Assembly (NCBI GenBank): GCA_017654855.1
Contig: JAFMPO010000001.1
Location: 558,001 to 622,000 of the forward strand
Length of the DNA: 64,000 bases
Direction of reading: 5' to 3'
Source of the DNA: Podospora anserina
Taxonomy: Eukaryota
The notes under the pieces are model-generated. The model saw only the letters and a list, made by a program, of their open reading frames with translations. It did no database searches and was not told where the DNA came from. Position numbers and translations under genes: made by a program. This document shows, one piece after another, positions 49,386 through 60,521 of this stretch (positions are counted from its first letter, which is position 1; the number at the start of each line of letters is the position of its first letter).

Positions 49386-52300
49386 CTGGGGACGTGGTGC
49401 GGGCGCTGTTGGGGAAAAGCTTTTAATGCAGCATGGGAAATCTGAAGTAGCAAGCAGGAGCACTGAGAGCCTGGGTTTTGGGGGGCGGCTGCCATGCTGG
49501 TTTTAAATGGCGGGTGAGCGGGCTGACACCGGGGCGTGCCAGGCATGTGGTGTGGACACCACGGGGGGGTGCGTTCGGTAAGGTCCCTAGCGACTCAGCG
49601 CGCCCCTTCCCTGAACACCAGGGGGGGTGGGGAGGGGGCATCTCGGGGAAAAAGAAAAAATAAAATGTCATCGGTACCTAGCCCAAAGGGTACCGCATTT
49701 CACGCCTATGTAGGTAGCTGCGGTAAGGTACATCCACCCCCATTTCACAGCCCTCCCCCTTCCAGTTCTCTCCACCCACCCGTCCATATGTGCTTGTTCT
49801 CTGCCGCACCCGAGTGGAAATGTACCCTTTCCATGCAGCCCTCTCTGCACCCGCCCTCTGCTGCCCGTTCATGGTGAAATTTTCACCGGTGTGCAACTGT
49901 TGAGGCGGCGGTACTTTATTGGAAATGTATTACGGTGCTAGTCCCCAGGTGGAAAGGGGTCTGCTGTGGGGGAGGGGCGGGGGCACTGTATGGGGCGGGT
50001 GGAGTTGTGTTCGGAGAGGACACGGCAAACAGGAAGGCACCAACAGGAGCCGAGCGTGGGGTGTTGTGAGATAGCGATCACCTCAGCTTCACACCCAAAG
50101 GCACAAGACGCCAACTCTCTCGGCAGAGGCTGATTATAGAGCGGTACGGAGTATGATGCTATCGCATGTCCACCGGTGTCTCATGCGAGGTGAACCAAGA
50201 CTTATGTTATATTACCGTCTTGTTGATGTTCTGCAACTCATAAAGTAGTACTGTCCTATCCTCCGCCTTCTCGCACAAGTGCCAGCGCATAACTCCGAGT
50301 TGCTCTCGATTTTTCATTGCACACAATTCATATGAAGTTGCCAGCACTCAGGCATTCCCTCCCGTCCGCCATCCCACCATCACCCGAGAACCAAGGCGAA
50401 GGCCGCCGTGTGTGTTATTTCTTTCATGTGCGAGGGTGAAGGTCATGCAGCGGCCTCTCCAGAGGGTGCAGCTATACCTTTTGTCAAGACAAGACTCCTT
50501 TCCCTTCTGCCTCCTGTGTACGCAAAGGAGCACGATGTGGGTGAGGCCGATTTCACAGGACAGGGGGGCGGTGTGCGTGGTGGCTGAGTAGCGGTATGCG
50601 CAAGACGATTGGGCTCCGGTACGTTCCCCCGCTTGTTATTTTCTCAACTTTTTGTCTTGATTTGAAGAGCTCAAAGTTTGTCGTAACACCAAGAACTGAG
50701 ATCTCCAACTGAACGGCGAGAGCCGAGACCGATAAGGCTTCCCGTCACTCGAGTGTTGTCGAATCCGGGGGAGATGCACTAGGCATGATCATGATGTAAG
50801 TTGCACATCTGGGGAAAAGGTACATGGATTATCATTATAACGGTGATTGTTACCCACGCATCCGCGAGTAACCAGTCCCCAGCCTCTATAATGAAAATCC
50901 CCCAAGACCGTGGGTAACTCTTACCTTGGCTTTGAGCATATCCTCGGCCGTACCCACAATGTTTGATCATGTTGCAGCATTCATCTCTGCTGAGTCGACG
51001 TTTTGAGCGCCGAAGGCCAAGAAAAGAAGCTTGGGGGAGCCGCCCGGCCGAGGGAGTTAGGAGGAGTTACGACAGGCGAAAGCAGCAACCTCACCACGAT
51101 GATGATAGCGTGCTTGAAAGGCCTCATCATGTTTCCACTACTTCCTTGTTTTCTTCGTTGCGATGGATGATTATCACGGTTGCGGAAAAGGCCTCGACTG
51201 ACCTCATTACTTGCTTTTCAGTCCCACACCAGTTCCCCAGGAGCAACGTGAGACGTGTATCCAGCAATCTTGGGGGTGGCGCGAGCAGAGATAAGCATCG
51301 ACGACACAAAGTGTGGAGGTTCGGGCAGAATGTGGGGAGAGATTCGATGGGACATGGACGAGGCCTCGTCCAACCCTCGGCTGACGAATTTGATCGCTTG
51401 CTCCTCGGCCCTACCCATTATTATTACTATTCGCCAACAAAAAGCTTCGATCAAATAACAAACGAAAAGGAGAACCTCGTATCGCCGCGCAAGCACTGCG
51501 AAAATAACGCCGCTCATTTGCGGCACTTGCAACGACTGGAGAAGCCATGCTCGACGCCGCCCTCTTGAAAGAGGTATTGGGGAGCCTCCTTCCCTTCAGT
51601 CAGGGGTCCTCTCACGTCACTCCCAAAATCCGGGGTACCTACCGGAACACCTTGGGGACCTGGGGATGCGATAAGCCCCAATCGGGCCCAAGGCGCCACA
51701 TTCCTTCCACTCTGAGGTGCGACCGGCTCGGAGACCGAAGAAGCCGATCACCCATTCAAAGGTCAATTGCTTCTTTAGGATCAAACTCGAACTGGCCATT
51801 TCACATTCTCCGGGGCTGCTCCAGAGGATTTGCAGCTGTGGACCAGAAGCTCCTGTTCTGGCGTGATGCTCCTGCGTTGACCTTGGGTGTGTCCTGATGT
51901 TGTCGCTTAACCCGCATTTTTTTTTTGGAAGAGCGGGCGTGGGGGTTTGGGTCGCACCCTTTCAACCACAACGCTTTAATCACCTTGCACCTCAGGCACC
52001 GGATCACATCACCTCAACACTCAACTAGACCAGGGGATAGCAGAGGTGACAGTGACTGGTCACCACGGGTCACTGCAGAGAATTGAGAAAATCAGAATAT
52101 TCACCACTTGACCTGTGTCTCAGTTATCGACGATGGGGTTCTGATAATTGACATCAGACCTGGAGTTGATTGACTCACTGAAGCCTTGGCACTAACCTAA
52201 AGGGGCAATTGCTACCCTGGCCTGTGGCTGTCGCGCGTTTGTCCCTCAAGGTGCTCTTGCGGATCCGCTGTGCTGGCAAAATCCATTTTTCTGCCCGAGG

Positions 52301-54087
52301 GCTTCTTTGGCTTTCAGCTTGTTGTTGGGATCACACAAGAATGTTCGTATCATGTGGTCTCCTTTTTCTGGGAATCTGATGGGAGAGCCCGCCCCGCCGA
52401 AACCGGTTGAAAGCGGCAGTTGGTCTTTGAAGGCAGCCTTTCAGCCCTAAGCACCAGTTTGACGTTGACAAGCATCGCCCACAGCGAGTCAGAAAAGAGC
52501 CGCAACTGCGAATCTCAGGCTATCCTCGACCTTTCCCAGCAGCTGACTGTTTCTATGGGACGGGCTCAACATCTTCCGGGGATCTGGGGTTGTTCGCAGC
52601 TTTCACCGACGACAGGAGCCAAGCAAAGCGTTCGGGGTGGACTGGTTGACAGGCTGAAGGCTTCTCTGAGCAGGCTTGCCCCTGGTTTCATCAGCACAGT
52701 ATCTCCGAGCTGTCACACTCCGGTCGCCAGTGGGAGGAAGCCATATCCCCTGTCGTCTGGCGGTCGCAACGACGATTACAGCACAGTCATCGATGTTCTC
52801 CAGCAGTCTGAGCCCTAATGTTTCGGGACAGTACCCGAACCCTGAGAGCCCGAAGCGCGAGATAAAGAGAAAACGACGGCCTTGTCGCGAGTCATTAATA
52901 GCGCCGGCTCGAGATCTCGGATGATGCCGTGATCCACAGAAACACCGAGGATCCGCCCCAGAAAAAAGGTTGACGGGCTAGAGACAAGAAGCTGGAGAAA
53001 TCCGACGGAAAAGGACGCATCTTTTTGTCGCTCTACCTCAAGGACAACAGGAACCACGATGACTGCTGCGTGCCTGGTCCCGACGTTCTGAATGGGCGGC
53101 GGCTGCACTCATGCAACGGAGATCGATCGCCCTGAGTCGTCAATTTACCCGGCGGCTCCGCGAGCGTTTTCCCTAGCTTCCACGCAGCAAAACCCGGTGC
53201 AACTCGTCGGGTTTGGACGAGTGACAGCATGATCTTGTGGGGCCCCAGGGCAGTCCAAGCATTGCACCACGACGCTAACGGGCGGAGGTGTGGAGGGACA
53301 GGTGCAACTTTTTTCTGCGGCCAAACCAATCCCCCGGGGCACTTCCACCAAAATACTCCCGTCGAAGGAGCCGAGAAACTCCGAGACAGGCGTTGCCATG
53401 TCCTGATAATTTTCGCTCTTATCGCAGCCAAGACCGGGGTAGTAGGAGCATGGGAAAACAGTTTCCTCGCTCTTAGTTTTGCACCTTGACACCGCATGGA
53501 CATCGCAGTCTGCTGCTAAGCTCCGTCACGGCGGATGATGATTATGCTGGAATTGGAAACGAGGGGCGGATGGGAGTTGTTCCATGGTCCGAGTTTGGAA
53601 AGCGGACCTCCCACGCACCCTGATCAGCCTCACCAACGACAGCGGGGCTGGGGTTCATGAGACCCGAACACCGCTTCGGCACGGGGAGAAGTGGGCTATA
53701 TCCCATCTAATATCCGAAGGTACCCCCCGCGTTACGCACGGCTGTCACTTTCTCGGCGTTTGTTGAGCCTCTTCTCCTCGGTGGCACGTGTGGGAGGGGA
53801 CTCCCTTTTGTGGTTTGCCAGGGATAGCAAGGTCCGCTATCCCAAGGCGATGTCAAACGTGGGTGTCCCTTCTTCCGCGGCTCAAGCATGGGATGCTAAC
53901 ATCCCATGTCGGAGATTTCCATCCAGAAAAGCCGTCGGCTGGTTCTTCTTGGCTTACCGCTTGATAAAACGGGCGAGACCGTCAAAAGCAGTCCCCCCAC
54001 TAAAGAGGTTCTCCCCCCGGGCCCTTTGGGTCCTATTGTACCAGGCTAACCTCCATCTGCCCTCGGCAAGGGGCCGAAAATCCGGGG
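49386..54087. promoter_or_regulatory. creA upstream region with multiple SYGGRG (CreA/Mig1-type) sites
   Basis: CTGGGG 49386, CCGGGG 49529, CCCCAG 49943, AATCCGGGG 50762, AAAATCCGGGG at 51625 and 54077. Confidence 0.45.
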
Positions 54088-54598
54088 CGCGGATTGCCGA
54101 CCGAACGTTAGACCCCAACAACCACTGGTAGATGTTTCTTTTCTTGGGAGCTCCTCCTGCACGGCGGGGAAATGACGGGAGGCTTTGGCATGTGAACGAG
54201 GCCCGTCGTCACTGTTGTCGCCGTCGCCGTCAACCTTTCGTTTTTTGTCGGATTAGCTCAAGCGCCAGCACAGAATGGCCAGATATTGGCCTGATAAGGA
54301 GCTACAGAGTGTTGGCGTAATGTCAGTGACATGGTGAAGTGCAGTCCATGGCGATCACTATGACTAGAGGGGGTGGAATTTTTTTGAGCCTTCTACTCTT
54401 ACGAGAAAGACCCGGCACGTAGGGTTAGGTGGCTTGCGGTCAGATTGTTTTGATGAGCTATGGGATGGAGATTGCTTCATGAACATGTGCCAATGACATC
54501 ATGCAAGGGCTCAGGAGGCTACGAAACATGTGATACACGCGGCTAAATCCTACCCAGTTACTGTTATATACCTAAAGATTATTGAAACCTCCCATGGA

Positions 54599-54688
54599 GC
54601 GGGTTTAGCTCAGTTGGGAGAGCGTCAGACTGAAGTCAACTTCAGGAAGTCAATCTGAAGGTCATGTGTTCGATCCACATAAACCGCA
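54599..54688 (+). tRNA. tRNA-Phe(GAA) with 17-nt intron; identical to 1390-1479
   Basis: Same 90-nt sequence as the first copy; T-run at 54694-54697. Confidence 0.97.
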
Positions 54689-55290
54689 TCTTCTTTTGCA
54701 TTTTTGCACACATAAACCCCATCTGGGGCTTTGTTTTGTAGAGGGTTTAAGATGAAGAGGAAGCCTCAATCAAGACTGTGTTGTGTGCTCTCTATTCAGC
54801 GAACCCTGTCCTTTTGTGATCGGCATTGATGCCCATGATGTGGCGGAAATGCTTCATGGTCTCTCTCTTAGTTTTACTCAACAAACGACTCTTCCGCCAG
54901 CACGCCGCGCTTGATGTTCGGTGCATTATGCACTGCGGCTATTCTCACGGTCTTGTATCGCGAAATGAGACGAAACGTCGCTTGTCTTCATCTCATCTCA
55001 GCGCCTGGGAAGAGCATCCACTGTGCTCCCGCCGTCGCCTAAACTTTAGGGAGTCGCTGGCTGCACGTGCCTTGGCCCTTCCTCTGAGCAATGCGTACGC
55101 TCTGGCGGGCCGATTCCCCGCTCTTGCCTGCAACGATCAATGGTGAACTGGCAGAGCTACCAAATTTTTGGTACCAACAGGCTGCAAACCCGATTCAACC
55201 GTTGACCGCCCTCAAATCGCCTGGAACCATCTCCGCCCAAAGCACGGGAGAACAGCGGCCGTTGCTTGACATGGTGATGTCGACTCCTCC

Positions 55291-56921
55291 ATGATGGATA
55301 CAATCCATGGCTCAAGCCTTGACCTTTCCTCAATCCGTAAGACCCAAGCAACCCAACCCTCCAACCCAAAAGACAAGAAAAAAAGATTAACACTTGTCGG
55401 ATCCAGACCGTCTTCCTACCGTGTCGGCTGCACAGGCCCTGGAAGACTTTGAAGGGACCCAGAACCACCACATCTCCACCGGCCTTCCAGTTCTCGATGC
55501 CTCAAATGGCATCCAGAAGGGCAGTGTGACGGAAATATGGGGGCCCCCGGGCGTGGGAAAGACAGCATTCGGGTATCTCATCCTCCTTACACCCACTCCC
55601 CTCATCCGTGCGTGCAGTAAATGTAACTGACACCTCGATCTTAGAATCCAGCTCACTGCTAACTGCCTTCGCGAAGGCGGCGGAGTCGTCTGGGTAGGTC
55701 TGTTTAGCCTCTTCTCCTCCCTTTCAACCCATTCCAGTCGGGCCTTGGCAGTCTCTTGTGGTCAGGCACTTATACGGATGCAGATGGCTTTCACCGGATG
55801 TCCATTGAGCGGTTGCACCAGGTCGTGGATTTGAACTCTGAGGATGGGCAGATCCAACCATTAGACAAGTTTGTTCACTATAGCTGCCCGACCTTGGTTC
55901 ATCTCATAGCCCTGCTATGTCGGCCCACGGCGTCTTGTATCCCAGAGTGGACATCATTGATTGTTGTTGATTCCCTTTCGGCGCTGGTCAACCATGACGT
56001 CCTCAAGAATACAGACCTGAGGCAGGCCCCTCAGACGAAGCATAAAGATACCCGAGGTACATTTTTCGGCGCGGAGATCCAACAAGCCTGAGACTGACTT
56101 TTCATGTAGCACCAATACCTGCAGAACGCAGAATACAGGCACTTCACTATATTTTGAGCAACCTTCAAAAGCTGGCAGCAACCCGGGATGTGGCTATTGT
56201 CATCCTCACGCAGTGCGCCACAAAGATGCAGGCGGAACGCGGTGCAACCTTGGTTCCCGCCATCAATGCAAGCGTCTGGAGACAAGGTATTGTCTCGAGG
56301 ATCGCACTGTTCAGAGACCGGCTTCAAAATGACTTCGAGACTTCCACTGCTCTGCGCTTTGCGTTCATCCAGAAGCTGAACGGAGTTGACAAGCATGCGG
56401 ATGATGCAGCCGCACTCTGCGGGTTCCATATTGAGGCAGTATGTTTCTTTGATCGATCAGTAGTCTGGGTCTGATGTTGTTGTCTTCTTTGCTAACTTTG
56501 CTACGACAAGGCCGGTTTGGTTCCGGTGGAGTACGACCAGGCTTCAAGCCCCTTGAGGACGATGTCGACGCCATCAGGTGTCCAAAAACGCAAGCTTGGG
56601 GATACCGGCTTCGAGATCGCCGACAGCGAGGACGAGGGTGATGATGATGAAGATTACGGTTGGGACCTAGAGCCAGGTGCCCTCCCACCTATGCCCTCGC
56701 AATGGCAAGGCAGCGAGGACATTCTGCTCACTCGGGAGTCGGAGAGCAATGCGGATCTGCTTGATGAGGGCGTACAAGGGGGATCAGACGATGGCAAGGA
56801 CCCAGAATCAACGCTGGTTGTCAACGATAGCGAGGATGATGACGACGAGACTGAAAACAATGATGATGATGACGGGAAGGACGTCGACAAGCATGAAAAT
56901 GTCGAGGACCGCGTATCATAA
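55291..56921 (+). CDS. rad55: Rad51 paralog, Rad55-like; exons 55291-55336, 55407-55572, 55645-55697, 55784-56056, 56110-56438, 56511-56921; 425 aa
   Basis: HRLPTVSAAQALE N-terminus, Walker A VTEIWGPPGVGKT, Walker B LIVVDSLS, LQKLAATRDVAIVILTQCATKM, and an acidic tail containing EIADSEDE. All five introns are phase-consistent. Confidence 0.88.
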
Positions 56922-59900
56922 ACCTTGCATCTGTCGGGCCTTCTCGATACCATGGGCTCACTGAAACCCATCCCCACGCAACCGTTACGGCGACCCGCTC
57001 GCTACCTGGGCTATCATAAGCGATCTTGGTTGCAACGTGGCCCCTTATCTCGCGGTAGCGGCTGTCTGGACGCCCACTTTGATGCTCTTTGCCGACCGTC
57101 CACTGAGCCGTGTCAGAGCTTTGTCGATGACAAGCACAGGTAAAAATTCAGGGAGGCCCTCGTTTTCTGAACTGAAATTTGTCAAAAGATGTCTTCTTCC
57201 TGCGCGAATGTTGTGTTCAGAGGTGATATCGAGAGCAAGAGCAAGGCTAGCGGTGGTGTCACTGATATCAGGTAGGCGCATCTCCCTCCGTTCTCTACTC
57301 CTCTCTCGCCTAAGCTGTCATATCCTCGTCATATTACTGGGGCGCAAGAAGAGATTACTTACAGATTGTTGGGATACATGCCTACCTACAGGTACTCTAA
57401 CACCGCCTCTACCCGGCCGGCCGGCCGGACTATCTCTTGTTTTTGTCTATGTATGTCTATCTATCTGTTCTATCCAAGTTGCCCGCACAATATATCTATC
57501 TGCATACACATGCAAGGACAATCAAAATCCCACAATGCAAAGCCAATTAATTAATCTAGCGTTTCCCCTTTACATGGCTGCGCAGCGGAGTTGATGCGGA
57601 GTGTAGTGTACCTGTCGGAGGATTAATTAGATTGGGGGGGATGGCGGGGGGGTGATGCTACGATGCTTGGAAACTCTAGAAGGGTCGAAATGCGGGTTGT
57701 GCCGAATGGGGCTTGTGGCTGGCGATCTGTGTGTGAGGCACAATCTGCTCAGAAGAGTTGTTGAAGAAACTTGATTAGATTTATCGCGTCATCTGTTTTT
57801 TCTACCATGACCCTTTGAGGTTTGGCGAGGAATGTGAAAGCCTACCTATGATGTCGACTGAGTACAACATCCAAGACATAAGGAGGATGAAAAAAACAGC
57901 CGAGAAAGCGTAGGCTCTACACCTGTCTCGAACCAAATTCTTGTTGTTTTATAATGGAACCCTTCCACTGAGTTGGTAGGGGTGCAGATGGGGCGGTTCC
58001 CTGATATGCAAGGTGCAAGAGAGCGAGCGAGCGAGGACTAGGGTGAGGGGGTTTGTTTAGCATGTGCCTCTATTACTCTTGTGTTCACTGTTACTCTCGA
58101 CTATTTCGTTAAGGGTTTCTCAGTCTTTCCAAAACAATTGCTTGTTTTTCATCATTCTTCCTGTCATCAGGAACTCGGAGGAGGTTGGTTTTACCTAATC
58201 CTCTGTTGATGGGGGTGTGAAAAAAAAGAAGAAGGGTTACATCCACCCTCCCATTTCTTCTACCCTGCAAGGTGAGCAACAAAGTGTACATCTCTATCTG
58301 TACCTACATAGTCAAGTGTAGGTCCGGATCCGATCCGATGCAGGTCTTTCTGTTCCCATGCATACGTACAAATACATACAAAAAGTGACGTGCCCAGAGA
58401 TGTGCCAACGATCGAACCATTTACCCCACGTGGAGAAGCCAGAATCGCATCATATCAGCCCACCTCATCGGGATTTCCCCCATGCTATCGACAATAAATC
58501 AAGAAGAATTGCGGAGGTGGCGGTTTCTTACGCTTTGTTGAGAGGATGATCTGAGAAAATGGTTTCTTGACTTGGGGCGCCGCGGGAAGACCCGCTTTCT
58601 CACCTTGCTCTTTCGACACCCAACCGCCCGCAGCCGTTTTTGACAACGGCGACGGGCGTTGATCTTGTGCAGTAGCGTGGTGTTTTAGTGACCTGTTTTA
58701 CTCAATTTTATTTTCTTGTGACAAGCACGTCAAAGTCAAATTGTTAAAAGGGCAATGGCATGATACGGCGTGTGTGTTCCCCGCGTTTTTTTTTTCTTTC
58801 TTTTTTTTTCTATTTTTGCATGTGCAGTGAGATTGATGCGGGCAAGCGAGCGGCCGAAACCATCAGGCGGGGAAAACTGATGCTTCGATATTGATGGGAA
58901 GCAAAGCTGTTGATGAGCGGTGAATGATTGATGATGATCTGACTGGGGGAGGGTGTTGTCCTGATGTCGGTACGTAAACTGCCTTTGTTCTGCCCGCCTC
59001 GTTCGATACAAGTTGGTACCTGATATCCGCGGACAGCTAACTCCGGCCCGAGAAAGCCCCGGCTGTTCTCGTTATGAAAAGAACTGACCATGATTTGACA
59101 TCTTGATCTGCCCGGTCTCGAATTTCGTTCCTATCCAGCCCGTCATTTGCTGCAGAAGAGGAAGTGAATGTCAGAGCTTTGCCTGCCTACGTAACAGCAC
59201 GTGTTATCAAGCTGCTCCGGCCCATCACGTAGTCCTCGCTTGGCTCCTTGCATACCGACCTTCCGCAAGAGTTTACCGTCCCGTGTCTCGGTGAGCTTCC
59301 ATCTCACATATTTTCAGATCGATCACATTACATCATCGCGGTGACAATATATGTAGGAACGGACACACAGACCAGACCGGCAAGACTAGAACACACACAC
59401 GGGAACCGGAGAAAGAAAGGCAGAGGAGTTTCAGATCGCGCTCCCGCTCCCGCCCCTCAAGGATCTACATCGGATTGCTTCCCCGAGTGGCTTGAACCAT
59501 GGGAGTCGTCAGCCTGTAGGGCTCTGACCCTTTTTCATTCCTTGTTGCATTGGTGAGTGAGAGCCGCAGCGGCTCGACGCCGGTCAATCAATCAAGGTTG
59601 CCGTTACTTCTCTGTGTGCTGGAGTTCATGTAGGTACTTGGGGTTGTGTTTGTAGCACCATCTGACCCGGTATTTTATGGTTTTTGGTGTTGGTGGACAT
59701 GATGCGGACGGACGTGTTCGGACGATTTGAAGGGAAGTGATGTTGCGGAGACGGGAAGGAGGGAACAGGATGTTGTATTCCGGCCGTTGGCACGGTCTAT
59801 CGGTCCACATATCGAAGGCTTCGCGGAAAGAACGATGGCAGTGTAAGCGTACCAGATGATGAAGAGGTCCCGACCATGACCCTCTCTTCGATGACAATGA

Positions 59901-60190
59901 AGAGACTCCTTAATAAGATTGTCTTTTAACGTATGGATCTCAGGGGATGTGATGAGCTGGGTTATACGCATATATCAATGAGTCAATCGATGTAATATAG
60001 ACTACCTGAATTGACACTATTGTTTCATAGGGAAGCCGATAAGAATTCTGGCTTCTAGCGTAGCGATGGGTTCTTGCTGTGAGGTGCACAGGGGTTCAGG
60101 GGTCACCCCAAGTTGCTCAAGGGATCCACTGCCACGAAAATCTTCAAAAAGAAATGCAAAAATCAACTCAATGAGTTATCAAGATTTAAA

Positions 60191-60281
60191 CGATCCGCCC
60201 AGGGGTCGAACCTGGAACCTCCTGATTACTTGAATCTTGAAAGAATCGTAGTCAGACGCGCTGCCATTACGCCAGCGGACC
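60191..60281 (-). tRNA. tRNA-Arg(ACG) with 19-nt intron
   Basis: Exons identical to 37456-37545; intron is TTCTTTCAAGATTCAAGTA versus TTCTTCGAGATTCAAGTA. Confidence 0.96.
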
Positions 60282-60521
60282 TTGTCTCTTGTTGAAGCTT
60301 GGTGTCGGAATTGCTCACTATTACAGGGCACACATTGTTTCTCGCCTTCTTGAAAACTTTTTCGATAAACATACCCAAAGAACTGCCCAATATAATGATT
60401 GCTATGCTTATGCTATACAAAGAAAAAGACTTGCGGCGTCAGCCTGAATAATGAAGAATCCCCAACCCACTCCCATTCCAACGAAGAGATGCCCCCCTTC
60501 CTGTCTTGCACGAAAATCAGA

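Noticed and set aside
54420..54429. TAGGGTTAGG (and TTAGGGTTA at 40829) as a possible telomerase RNA template
   Set aside because: Short matches adjacent to tRNA genes, with no pseudoknot or CR4/5 recognisable by eye.
57413..57428. (CCGG)4, and other simple repeats such as the CA run near 26930 and A16 at 14169
   Set aside because: Ordinary microsatellites.
59949..60009. GTGATGA...CTGA, box C/D snoRNA-like
   Set aside because: The putative guide does not match an rRNA target I can identify; snoscan would be decisive.
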